Positions 27,163 through 39,820 of a DNA stretch of 64,000 nucleotides are shown here, piece after piece. Below the pieces are notes generated by a model. It was not told the DNA's origin, made no database searches, and saw nothing but the letters and a program-made list of their open reading frames with translations. Position numbers and translations under genes: made by a program. Each line of letters starts with the position of its first letter. Position 1 is the stretch's first letter. Source of the DNA: Camelus ferus (Eukaryota); contig NC_045696.1 of the NCBI RefSeq assembly GCF_009834535.1, forward strand, positions 47,618,001 through 47,682,000. Reading direction: 5' to 3'.

Positions 27163-27658
27163 CACACACACACAATGGAATATTACTCAGCCATAAAAGA
27201 GAAGGAAGTCTTACCATTTGTGAGAATGCGGATGGACCTAGAGGGTATTAAGCTAAGTAAAATAAGTCAAAGACAAAGACAAATACCATATGATCTCACT
27301 TATATGTGGAATCTAAAAAACCAAACAAACAAACAAAGCAAAACAGAGATTCATAGACAAAGAGAACAAACTGGTGGCTGCCAGAGGGGAAGGGGGCAAG
27401 GACGTGGGCCAAATAGGTGAAAGGGATTAAGAGGTACAAACCTCCAGTTATAAAATAAGTTAAGTCCGGAGGATCTTAATGTACAGCATTAGAGGATGTA
27501 ATACACAGTCAATAATACTGTAATAACTCTGTATGGTGGCAGATGGTAGCTAGACTTATCATGGTGATCATTTTGTAAATATAAAAATATTGAATCATTA
27601 TGTTGTACACCTGAAACTAATATAATACTGTATCAATTATAATTCAATAAGAAAAAAA
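26270..27658 (+). mobile_element. 5'-truncated L1 (ORF2 C-terminus, 3' UTR, A-rich tail) with internal (CA)n at ~27123-27174
   Basis: KAKINKWDYIK peptide, cacctcacacctgttagaatggctatt, and 3' end tgttgtacacctgaaactaatataat...caataagaaaaaaa. Confidence 0.93.
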
Positions 27659-29229
27659 GAATTTGGACAAGTAAACCAAGCTAAGAAGTTGAACAGCTAC
27701 TGTTCAACAGGTACTGTGCCCAACACGGAGCCAGATGTGGTGGTGGGAGATAAATGAGAAAATGAACGTGATACCTGCCCTCAACGAGTTTTCATGAGCA
27801 GTAACAACTCATTTGCTATGCTGTGAACACGGGGCCCACAGGTGTGAGTATATTATGCATTATTCCTTTTGGAAAAGCAATGCATCACCATATAGAAATG
27901 AGATTTTTGTAGCAAGAGTAATAAAGTAAAACATTTCAATTACACTGAGTACAACAGCCCCTTGTTAGAAAGGGTCTTTAGGTGTCATAAATTTCAGATT
28001 ATGGCAGTTTACGTAAGGAGGCTGAAAAGTACTCTTGATGAACAAATATATTTTCTAAGGAAACTGTCCCCGTAGTTATATAAATCTGAAATCTCAGCAT
28101 CCTACATAATAATGACACATTAAAAAGATTAAATTCTAAATGGGAAAATGCGTTCACATTCTTCATTACAAAGCCGTACTCAGATATGCCATTTCAATTT
28201 GAAAAACACAGCTAAAAGTTCGACGAGTCCCTTTTGCTCTACATTTACTGCTAAAACAACCAAGGTGGGAATTGTCAGACGACACTGCTTCATTTTTTTG
28301 TGTCCACATGAGCACCACAAAAGAACAGAATGCTACTGCTGGAGTTCCTTTTCAACAGGCATGGCATTTATAAAGGCTATTCGTTTGATGCAAAGACTAC
28401 GAACAAGACAAATAAAATCCAAATACAGTCCTTGTACTCCCATTCAAACGCAACACTTCATCCTGACCAAGCATAAGAACATTTTGGTCTCCAGTAATAT
28501 CTGAAGAAGGTTTTCAGTCTAACCTACATAGCGTCAACCAATCCAATGCAAAATATTTATTATTTTTGAACCTATTTGTGAAGAATTTTGCATAAATCAA
28601 TGTGTTCCTTCAATCTTTCACTTCTTGCTCATTAAAAACCTATTACATAAAAGGTCCAGGCCTAGGTGTTGTTGGGAATGCAAAGATGAATAAAAATAAT
28701 CCCTTTCAAAAATCTTACAGTTGAATATAGGAGACAGATTAGGTACACAACTAACTATAATGCCAGATAGAAAGTGAAACATGCTCTTAAGACAGACACA
28801 CATCAAGGGCAAAGGGAACTAGAAGGAAGGAGATATTTTCACAGGAAGGGAAATGACAGAAGACTTCATACAGCAATGACATTATTTTTGGATCTTGAAG
28901 GGCTAGGGAAGGGGCAGATGTTGTTTCAGACAAAATGGCAGGAATAAGGACACCCAGAGCAGCCCAGAAGGAAGACAGGGCAGCTCAGTGGGAGAATTCC
29001 ACAGAAAGGAAGACATTGATACCAAAGAAGGACTAGTGTCAGATTAGAGAGAGCCTGGACAGTGGGATGAGAAATTAACATTAATCAGGGAAGATTAACC
29101 CAGAAAGACCTAAAGATACATAAGCAATACAGCACATATGCACAAACATACTGATTATATAAATACACTACCCATTAATTTATGTACAAATGGGTAAATG
29201 TAGAGTAGACTTCATTCAGGGAATCAAGC

Positions 29230-29232
<3 letters not shown>

Positions 29233-29269
<37 letters not shown>
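29233..29269 (+). repeat. (AC)18 microsatellite
   Basis: Perfect dinucleotide run. Confidence 0.97.
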
Positions 29270-29270
<1 letters not shown>

Positions 29271-29592
29271 TCATCATCTGCCTTATAATGATTTGAAGGC
29301 ATTAAGTGGATTTAAAGTGGCACCAAAAAATCCTGAATGAAATGCACCTGTAATATATTCCATGTGCATGACAATAGAAGACAGATGAGACCAAGTTGTG
29401 AGTTAAAACTGAGAACTGGGTGAAACAGGACTGGAGAGAGTCCTTAAATGCAGAGGAACTGATTTTGTAACTCTACAGTTTTAAAATTCTTGTCTAGGTT
29501 TACTGAAAAACAGAGTAACAATAACCCAGATGATATGCCATTAGTAGCTAAACAATCAAGAGTGACAATGAAAATGAAGATGCTTCATCACT

Positions 29593-29611
29593 TCGCCAGC
29601 AGGTGGCACTT
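29593..29611 (+). promoter_or_regulatory. Candidate CTCF binding site
   Basis: tcgCCAGCAGGTGGCACtt matches every position of the core consensus CCASYAGRKGGCRS and is not in a recognisable repeat. Confidence 0.65.
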
Positions 29612-32600
29612 GCCACTTGGTATAGAAAACAGCAGGTAATGAGGAAGGAGGGAAAACATGGAGCTGGGAATACTCATTCATCTACTCAGAAAGGAGACAG
29701 CAGAACGCCGGTCAGAAAGAAGCACAATTTGTGAAGAGGCTCTTGGCTTGTTGATACAGTTTATCAATTGCATCTTGGACTTGAGCCCTTCTATTAGGTT
29801 TACTGAACTTACACATTTCCCTTAACAAATAGGATTTGCATTATATCAGATTCTTGCCTTTGTAAATGTTCTTACATCCTTTTTGTATTTATTGTAGGAG
29901 ACTGTGAGCAGAACAGTGCTGGAGTAGGCAAAAAAAAAAGACACAAAGTCCAACTTCACCATTTAAAGATGTGTGGATTGATTCAAGTTATTTTAATTCT
30001 CTGAAATTCACTTCCCTCTGTTGCTGTAACTGACAGAACTACTATAATGTTATGGGGCTTAAATACAATACTATCTGTGGAAATGATAGCTTTGGACCTA
30101 GTTATTTCATTCCCTCCCAGAGGATAAGATCTAATCACTGGGACACTTCATTTACCAGAACAGTTTTCAGACTCACTGTGAGTTTTCTCTACCTAGGGCA
30201 TCCTGCAGAGGTGCCCCTAGAATTTAGACTTTGTCACTCTCCATACCAGTAGGGTGGATGAGGGGTGGAGAAGAGTCTGTAGCTACTGATTTCTGGTACT
30301 ACTACAATAATATTACCTTTCCTACCATGATTCTATCCCTCCTGGTTGTCAGTGACACAGAACCAAAGAATCTAAGATCCAGAAAGGTCTCTGATTTGTC
30401 AAGCCAATTCTTCATTTTCCAGATCAGGATAACTTCTGCCATTAAAGGTGAAATGCAAGAGAGTAAGAAATGGGATGTGCAGATTCAGGTCATTTTTACA
30501 TTTGCTCCCCAGGCTTAATCAGTGGGTAAGTGAGCACTGGTTGTAGTGGGAGGCAGGAAGAGAGAACAGGAGGTGAGCAAACCATCATTACATGGCATAC
30601 ATCTTCTTATTTCCTGATAATGAGAGAATGGGCACCACCGATGACACAGTGGAACCATGGTCATATTCTAGCCGTTATTTGGTTTTCCAGTGGTGTCTAC
30701 CCTACACCTGATCACATCTGCACCAAACCTCAGTGGCACCAATGCCCTGTTTTTCTGATCTTCCCACCCTTGCCTGTGTCACAGCCTAACAGCACTTCTT
30801 CTAAAAGGCAGCCAGGAAGGAAGTAAATTCTCACTGAGCACTGGATGGTTTTGAGTATTTTTTTCTCACAGCAGGTAGCTGTCACCAACATAGTTCTTTT
30901 TAATATTTTATAAATTATTTCTGTGAAAAAGGGATTGCAGTCACCTTTCAGAGGTCTTCTATTCAGTAATTACCATATTTTATAATGAGTTACACAGTGT
31001 TTAAAAGACAGACCTGTCACACAAATGCTGTTTGTTTTTAAAAATACATAAGTTTAGCATGTGCCTTAAAACACTGTTCCCATGAAGAAACAAACTCACG
31101 CTTATCTCCAAGTCTTCACTTATAATGTTCTTCTCACCCGGAACACCCTGTCCTTCCCTCTTTTTACCTTAAACAGACTTCAAGATACAAGCTGAGGGCC
31201 GCTTCCTCTACAAAACTTTGTTTGAATGAAGCTTCCCTCACTATCTCCTTGTAATAAACTTCTAATCTAGTTTCAGCTACAGATCAGACAAGTATTGAAC
31301 TAGTATTATCTTACAGTGGTTGCTAATTTTAAATGCTATTAGATTCAGTCCACAAAGGAGGGCATGTTTTATTTATTGGTTCAACAACTATCTACTGAGT
31401 ACTTACTACATGCCAGGCAGTGTATTAGGTAATAGAGACTCATGATGTATAAAACCAAGACTATCCTTGCATTCAGGGGCCCTACATTCTGGTATCAGAA
31501 TTACTCTGTATTCCCCACCATACCTAACACTGGACAGGCCCAAAGGCAAGTATGTGCTCAAAGACCACTTCAAAGTTAACTGGTTGCCCATGGCTGGGTG
31601 GAACCAAACTTCTCCTTGACTGCCAGGGCCAGTTAAGGGTACTGAGTACCTGCAGTGTGTTAAAGACTGTGAGAATTATTTTCACAAAAAGGAGGAGGGG
31701 AGGATGGTGAGGAATCTTTTATGCCCTTTGAACTGATGGGAGTAGGTTTCTATTTAAGCACTGCTAAACTTTGTCGTTTATATCTGAAATAGACTGAATC
31801 TATAAACCTGGAGCAAATTTTTACAAAAAAATCAACTACCAAGAAAGAAAGAATAAGATGGCTCAAATGTGTTACTCTATCAGTCTCCATCAAAATCTCT
31901 ACCTCTAAGATGAATAAAACATCTGATACTAAACAAACAACAAGGTAATTAAGACATCATGACTGGCACCATCACTATCCAAGGGTCAGCTCTGACCTTG
32001 ATAGTAAAAAAAAAAAATCCAGAGACTGCAATAAAGGTAAAAATCAATTCAGGATGTGCTGAATGCCTTCACAAAGCTACAAGGAGTGGTAAACAAAGTA
32101 TGAAACAAAACAAATTAAGATATTGCACATTGAAAAGATCTGACTGCACCTAATTGTTTATTAAAATAACCACAGGTGCTGATATCTTTACTTCCGAGTG
32201 TAATTAAACCTGCAACTAGAAGCTCTAAGAATTGTGAAAAGTTGAGCCACTTTTAGGGGTTGAAGAATGCTTAGGAGAGTATGTTTCAAATGACTTTCAG
32301 AATCTTTCCCAAAAGACCCTGAGACTACAGGCTAAAAGGGGAGGTCAGGCTTTTCTGGTTGTGATCCCAGGTGGTGGCTGGACTCACACAGCAGATCCCT
32401 CATGAAGTGGGAGGGAGACGAAGACGAAGCTGAGGTAGAAAAGAAAGTTTATCTTCTAAGAACTCAAGAATACAGTTCATAATCAGCTGTTAAGCTTGGG
32501 TGTCTTAACTCCCACTCAGAAAGGGAATTTTCTATTCAGATGAGCATTTTCTTTCCTGACAACTTCACAGGAGTCAAGACATTTGGGCATATGGTGCTGA

Positions 32601-33293
32601 CCTCCTCAGCTTCTATTTGAGGAACCTGACAGGCTACACAATTTAAAAATGCTGAATTGGGGTGCTAAATCTATGAACAGAGATGTAATTACTTTATTAG
32701 TTAGGAGATTAAAACAGTAATTCTGCATGCCACTTTTTCTTTCACTTGCAATTGTCATGGTTACCTACATTTACTGATAGTAATGTTTTATTTATTGCAT
32801 TTTCTTAACAATTAAATATGACTTTGAGTTCCTGTATTAATGGGCTAACATTTTTTAAAAGAACAACTCTTTACCTCAAAAATCTACCCTCAGGGAGGAA
32901 GCCTAATGAAATAAAAAGAGTCTAGTCTTTGGCATCATACAGACCTGTATCCCAGTCTTGACCATGTGACCTTCGACACTCTGGCTGACCTCCACGAGGC
33001 TGTATGCACATCCTAGAGTGGAAATATATTCCCCTGTTCCTCATACACACTGTTATGTAGATGGACTTAGGTAACATGTATAAAATACATTATTATTTGA
33101 AGATTTCTCCCCTCCTGGACCCCTGAAGCCCTTGTATCACCTCTAGAACAGTCCTTGGATCCAAAATTTAAAGAAGGTGACAAAAAAGATAGAAAAAAGA
33201 GGCTGCACATTTTACTTAGGTAAACCACATGTAGTCATGAAACCAACAGCTCCAGAGTCTGGTAGATTTGGGAAAGAATTACTAACTGCTCAC

Positions 33294-33432
33294 CTGTCGA
33301 GGCTGTTCTGCCAGTCGATTCTGATACCTTTGGACTGACTCTCGAAGTTGCTTCTCTTTCTCAGTTTTTGATGGTGGTACTGTGTTCATAGTGCCCAGAG
33401 GGATGGAAGGCAGACGTTCCATCTGACAACAA
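33294..33432 (-). CDS. MORC1: MORC1 coding exon, 139 nt (end of CW finger and following helix)
   Basis: gtgaaaAG|TTGTTGT...CGACAG|GTGAGC; (S)CCQMERLPSIPLGTMNTVPPSKTEKEKQLRESVQRYQNRLAEQPRQ; phase 2 to 0. Confidence 0.94.
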
Positions 33433-35389
33433 CTTTTCACAGTCAGCAAGGACAAGAGACAATGTCAGGAGGAAATATACAATTATTTTTACTGCCTGTA
33501 AAAAATTATGTACTTCTACAAAGAGTAACTCTCTGGCTTATATCCAAATCTCAAATGCCGCATTTCTCACATAGAGCATGGTACTGAGTGTTTAGGTAAT
33601 ACATGACTTTAAATCTCCAGGCTGCGTGGAAAAGAACTTAATGGAAAATGTGGTGGGTAGGATATATTTACAAGAATGGGAGAATATTCATTATTTACTA
33701 ATGCTTCATTTATCATTCATTATCATGAAATGAGGCCTTCTGCAAAAATGTTTTTTAGATAACCAAAGCTTACCTCATTACTGGCAAACATTTTTTTCAC
33801 AGAAAAATTTGGGATAGGAATCTATATATCTCTCTAAAATATACCAAATAATTCTGCTTCTGAAACCCTCGGATCCTTTGCTTGATGACTCAGGATGACT
33901 GTGAAGACCAGCGACTACGTGGTGGGATGCAGCACTCAGCGATGCCCTGGGCAGGGGCAGTGGGGTTACTGAGCCACGTGGGGGAGCCCTTTGTCCAGCT
34001 GCCTGGATGAGCCTGCCTGCAGCGTCCTAACAACCACGTCTCCCTGCTGCTGTCAGGGTGGCTGCTGCTGGTCGACACCCTGCTTCCCACCTTCACTGCT
34101 GTGATGTCTCTAATCATGAGCAGGTTAATACACGTATAACACAATCAAGTAGAACTGTGAGTAAATCGCAATAAACAAGCTGTGGATGGGGGCTTCCCTT
34201 ATGGTTACAAAAAGTACTAAAGATTTTTGAGACATATGGTTGGGAAGGTTTGAGCCCTCTTTTTTTTTCTTTTCTATTCCTGGTTTCATGGCTATGTGCT
34301 GGAGAGCTGAGTTAGCCAAACTGTTGAATAACTGAGATGTATTTATTCACCTTGGTATGAAGGCTTGGCAGGGATCAGAAGTCCCACTCTCGCGGACAGG
34401 ACCTCGATTCAGGGTGTGTCTGAGGATGTGCGGTGGTGGGGCAGAACGCAGAGGGAGGTCAGTTCCTAGAGCCTGCCTAACACAAGGGCTTTCCCTGATT
34501 GATAGGTGCCACAAAGCAGGGAAAGTGTGTGTTATAAAATAAATGAGCGCTAAGCCAGGAAAGGGAGGAGGAGGTTGACAACAGAGAGAGGGATGTCTCC
34601 CACCGGAAACAGTGCAGGGAAAATGAAGCCTCACACGCCCACTGTATTTCTCTATTTTTCAAGGCTGCAGCATATATTTTTCTTGCCCCCACCAACAGAG
34701 AAGTGTAAGGACTACAATCAAATTCAGGTACTACTGTGAAGAAACACTTAATTCCACCTACATATGGTATTTGTTTTTATTGTTATTTTCAAAAAAAGGT
34801 GGTAGGTAAACAAAACAGGGAACACCTACCTATATATATATAACCACCTGCAGTGTTCATTTAAAGACACCTGTGGGGTGGTACCTATACAGGTTTCTAT
34901 TTCATTTGTGAAAAGAACCTTTTGGCAGCATTAAGTTTTTTACTTAGGAAAGAGAAACTTCAGGTATTTTATTAAAATGCAATCCATTCAATTGTCTTCA
35001 AAGATTTTTGGAAACAATTAGATTTTAATGTGCAATACAGACCATAGATATTTTTCAACATCCTTTTCAAAATTCAGACTTTTTGGTTTAGTCAAAAGAT
35101 AGGCATCATTTTTACCCTGCTGGTGATCCCTATTTTCAATACAGATAAATGCACAGAATGAATGTAATGGAAGTGTATTGATGTCTATTTCCTGGGTACT
35201 GTGACAGAAATGTCTAGCTTCTCTCTGTGTCTAAAGTGGAAAACAAAAAGAGGCTTCAGTGGTCTGAAAAACAATGGCTCCATCTTACCCTGCCTGGGTC
35301 ACCAACTCTGAATAATACCATTTGTAAAATGGTGTGTTTTGTCACCATAAAGTGTCTAGAATCAGGCTTCCTGAAATAAGGATCCCTTC

Positions 35390-35590
35390 AGAGGGTGGGT
35401 GGTGTGGTAAGGCAGAAAAAGTGCAGGGTTTGCATCAAAGTGCTTGGCTTCACATTTCAGGTCTAACGAGGAATCCTGGACAAGTCACTGGACTTCCCTT
35501 AGCCTCACTGTTTTCTCCTCGGAGAAATGAAATAAGTTCATACTGTTATTGGAAAGATGAGATGACATAATTGCTATGTAAGAGAGAGCT
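35390..35590 (+). mobile_element. MIR SINE
   Basis: ggacaagtcactggacttcccttagcctcactgttttctcc...gttattggaaagatgagatgacataa. Confidence 0.55.
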
Positions 35591-36965
35591 ATTATTATGT
35601 TTCTTGCCTAAGTTCTGGGCAGACGTTGTTCATTCAAATACTGTTCATTGGTATTAACCTAGCTGACAATTGGCAATTAACTGCTGACCATAAACTACAT
35701 TTTCTGTAAACACAGACAATGCCACCTTTCACCCTATTACTCTGTCCTTCCACCATCTGCCTAATAAATAAGTATACTTCACTTCTCATCACTTTAATAC
35801 AGCTATTTTAAGTGATCCTGTCCAAATCCCACTGCACATTTATATCAGGGTTTTGCTATTTGGGAGCATATTCTCAAAGGATGCACAGTCCATCCAACCA
35901 TGTTGAATCAGAGTACTGAGCGAGGCCCTCAGATCAACTTCTCTTCCCCTGGGAATCTTCATCTGCAGAGCTGTTTAATGATCTCCCGTAAAGGAAGTGT
36001 CAACTCACAAGTAACTGCCCTTGTAATCAGAAGTTTTTCTCTACATCTCCCATTTCTAAGTCTCTTGCTATCACTTTAAGCATATTTTTTGTCATAATCT
36101 TTTCAGTGGAAATGAAATACAGATGGTCAAAATTATGTCAGTATATTTAAAGAATCAAGGACTTAAGAAATTATAAATGTAAGAAGATTTTTTTGCATTT
36201 CAGGCTTTTAAGGTCCATCAGTTTTCTGTCAACATGGCAAATTTATCTTGCCTGTCGTCACAAGTGGCAGAATTTTGATGTGTAAGAGACAGAATTAATA
36301 CAGCTTTGAAACTAATTTTACACTGTTCTGTGATGACATCATTTTTCAAGGAAAACAGGGCGAAAGTCTGCCTATTCAAGGACATTGGTGAGCTGAAGAC
36401 AAGGGAGGCGATAGAGGACAGAATCCCAGTTCTGTGGGTTTGACAGTACCTAACACTGGTCTAAGAAGTCACAGATACACGGTTAGAACTGTGGGAAGAA
36501 CCTAAATTCTCATGGCTTATGAGGGGGCCCTCAGAGACCAGGGACTTAAATAGTCCCTACAAGGGGCTATGCTAGGCCTAGAAAAGACGCAAAAGGTACC
36601 ATTACTACCCTCCATTCTATGTGATGGTAAAGATGAGTTAAAGAGAGGTAATATCTTTTGTTCAAGGCTTCACAGCTAATGGAGCCAGGAGTCAAACCCT
36701 GGCAGGTGGCCCCAGAGTCTGAACTCTAAACGCTGTCCTACACTGTATCAAAGTTCCTAGCTCACGGTAAGTGATCATTATTATTAATTCCCCAGCCCAC
36801 TTTTTTTTTTAACAGCTGGGGGTTTGAACAAATTTTATTTACATTTCCAAGCACAGCTCATTCCACACAGAAATTTTAAAAACAAAACCAAAACAACAAA
36901 ACTTCTTTTAAAGAATACTTAGGTAAAAATAATAACAATAAAAATACTACATATCACACTATCCT

Positions 36966-37102
36966 TTTCTTAAAAGATTGTCATATATATATGCATACAT
37001 ATATATATTCAATTTATTTATTTTAATGGAGGTACAGGGGACGGAAACCAGGACCTCGTGCGTGCTAGGCACACGCTCTACCACAGAGCTACACCCTCCT
37101 CC
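36966..37102 (-). mobile_element. vic-1-type tRNA-derived SINE (camelid)
   Basis: Minus strand reads ggaggagggtgtagctctgtggtagagcgtgtgcctagcacgcacgaggtcctggtttccgtcccctgtacctccattaaaataaataa (A/B boxes, AT-rich tail). Diverged TSD: catatcacactatcct (36950-36965) and cacatcagactattcct (37103-37119). Confidence 0.88.
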
Positions 37103-37271
37103 CACATCAGACTATTCCTAATATTGGAACTGAGCTTTAACTTTGTTCCAAGTTAGGGCTGGAATCAGGTTAGGAGTCAGAAACCCGGGCCAGTGGCTTC
37201 ATGAACAGGTTTCTCATGCCCCGACTTGGGCTTCAATTTCCACTTCTCTAAAATGAAGAAGTGAGACTAGA

Positions 37272-37492
37272 TCAGTGTTTTAGAATCATGCTCCCTGGAG
37301 CTTTATACTCTAGCAGAAAGTAGGGAACAGAAGTGAGAAGTGGATACCTTTGGCCCCCAGATTTTCAGTCTCTAATGCAATCAGGACAGTTCTGTTTTTA
37401 TCTGTTTCATATAGTTGGAGTCAGAGACATTTTATTTTGGGGGGGAAAAACAGGTTCTGAAAGCGAGAAAGGAAGATTGAAAAAAACCCCTG
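37272..37492. mobile_element. hAT-Charlie remnant (MER112-like)
   Basis: cagtgtttt...cagttctgtttttatctgtttcatata...ttgaaaaaaacccctg termini. Confidence 0.5.
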
Positions 37493-38290
37493 GGCCATGT
37501 AAAATCTAAGAGCCCCTGTCACCTCTGACAGTTTTCATTACTCTCTAAATATTATTAACCTGGGGACTCCAGGTGGAAGGGGTTTTAGTAGCAGTTTCTA
37601 AATATTTTCTTCTTTTTAATTTTTTTCAATTACTTTTCTTTTCAGGGCTGGATAAAAATAATCAAACAGGAGTTACTACCCTAATGTCTGTATTAGTAAT
37701 ATTGATCCACTTATCCAGGCCAAAGGACTTAGTACTCCATGGAAATGCAATGCTTGACTTAGGGGTGCCTTTGTTAAAGAGGAGTATTAACTCTCCCCTC
37801 TGCCAAGGAAAAGAATATAAGTCAAAAAGGGCTTGTAATAACATTGTCATTCATCAATATTTAATCAGTCTTTTTCCTGTTTTAGTTTGAACTTCTTCCT
37901 CCAAGAGCACAAAGCAATGAAATCAATATATGTCTTAAACAGAAAAAGCACATGATCTAACAGTTTAGTGCCTCTGGAGACACCCTCTAGGTAAAACTCC
38001 TGCACGATAAGATTGTATGTTGTGTGAAAACAAACTGGAAGGCAGAACTTTTAAACACCAGGTCGAGTTCTCCCAACAGTGGAAGCACAGAGCCGCACAG
38101 CCATTGTTTATAAAAAGTTACACCCAGGTCTCTTTCAACTTGATGGAAAAGAGCACTAACGAAATGCCCTTCCAGAGATGACAGCTACTATTGCTAAAAT
38201 GTATCTATAGCTGACATTTTCCAGTTTCACACATGCATATTTTAGGAATTAGAAATGGATAAAGAATTTTAGAAAACTATCAAAAATTAC

Positions 38291-38396
38291 CTGTTTTCCT
38301 GGAGATTAGGGTTATTAGCACAAATCCAGATGTCAAAAGATTCTTTCTCCTGGTAATGAGTAGAGGAAGGCAAGACTCTCCATTTAAGGCAAAGAT
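38291..38396 (-). CDS. MORC1: MORC1 coding exon, 106 nt (CW zinc finger core)
   Basis: gattttAG|ATCTTTGC...AACAG|GTAATT; (D)LCLKWRVLPSSTHYQEKESFDIWICANNPNLQEN(S); phase 1 to 2. Confidence 0.97.
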
Positions 38397-39248
38397 CTAA
38401 AATCATCAAAGCAAAATCACACACAAGAAAGATCACAATCAGAAGTGAACCTATCAGAGTAGGATGTCAGACTGCATATACCAGAAGTATGAGATATCTT
38501 TCAATCCAATGACAAGTGAATCCTTGACACTATACCACTATATTTGGTGGCACAAACAGTTTAGGATTCTATGAGCTACCCAAGGACACCATCAATAAAT
38601 TGTTGTTGCTGTTGCTGTTGTCACTATTATTGCTTAAGTTCTTTCCAGTTGGTTTCTGCTAGTTTCAGCCAAAAGAATCTTAAGTAATCCATCCCTTTTT
38701 ATTTTTTCTTAAACTACATGAGACTTCCAGTGACTTGACTCCCGCATTTTTTCTGACCTGTTATCTAACTGCTGGCAACACCACTTTCCATCTCCAACCA
38801 CACAACCACCATAACTAGGAAATCAAGCTCTCTCTACCATTTATACACTTCCTTGTTCTGTACTTTCAAAAGCTGCTCTTATCCTACTCTCCAGTCTCTA
38901 TTTACTGACTACTTCGTCCATTTCTCCCTTTCAGTCCCTCTTTGCTTTTGCACCCTACCCTTTGCAGCCTATGCTTCACTTTACTCCTGAATTCCCTTCG
39001 GACACAGTGCTAATGGCTGTTAAGTAAATACTTCTCTCTGTTCATCTAAGATGGAGGCAGGGTGCACAGTAGTTAAGAATCTGAATAGCTCCATAATTAC
39101 CACCTCAATGACCTAGGAAAAATTACTTCTCTCTGTTTCAGTATCATCACCTGTAAAAAGAGATTAATTTTAGTACTTACCTAAAAGGGTTACTAAGAAT
39201 TAAATGAAATAATACTAATGATAAAAACCAACATTGCTCAATATTATT

Positions 39249-39820
39249 GGTAATAGTTAATTTTATGTGTCAATTTGACTGGACTATGGAGTGCCTGGAT
39301 ATTTGGTCAAACATTATTCTGAGTATATATGTAAGGGTCTTTTGGATGAGGTTAACATTTGAGTTGGTAGAATGAGTAAAGCAGATTGTTCTTCCTAATG
39401 TGGGTGAGCCTCAACAAATCAGTTGAAGGCATGAATAGAGCAAAAAAAGGCTGACTCTCTTAAGAGTAAGAGGGGCTTCTTTCTGACTGTCTTGAACTGG
39501 GACATTAGCTTTTCCCCACATTCCAAAGAACTAAAACATCAACTCTTCCTAGGTATCAAGCTTGTCAACATTTAGATTGAAAAGACATCATTGGCTCTTC
39601 TGGTTTTTAGGCCTTCAGATTGAAACTGAAATTAAACCATGGCTCTTCTGGGTCCCCAGCTTGCTGACAACAGATCTTGGGACTTGTAGCCTCCATAATT
39701 ATGTGCACCAATTCTCTATAATTAATACCTATCTGTCTATCTACCTTTCCATCCATCCATTCATCCACCCATATGTTCATCTATTCTGCTGGTTCTGTTT
39801 CTCTGGAGAACTCTAGTATA
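39249..39820 (+). mobile_element. ERVL solo LTR (MLT2 family), flanked by MIR fragments (~39050-39240 and ~39825-40000)
   Basis: Starts gtaatagttaattttatgtgtcaatttgactgg and ends ctggttctgtttctctggagaactcta; both are MLT2 hallmarks. Confidence 0.9.

Noticed and set aside
27688..27708. Perfect hairpin GTTGAACAG-cta-CTGTTCAAC
   Set aside because: Only a 9-bp stem, within a degraded L2-like remnant; expected occasionally by chance.
37020..37100. Functional tRNA gene
   Set aside because: A/B boxes are present but degenerate, with an AT-rich tail and TSD, so it is a SINE.
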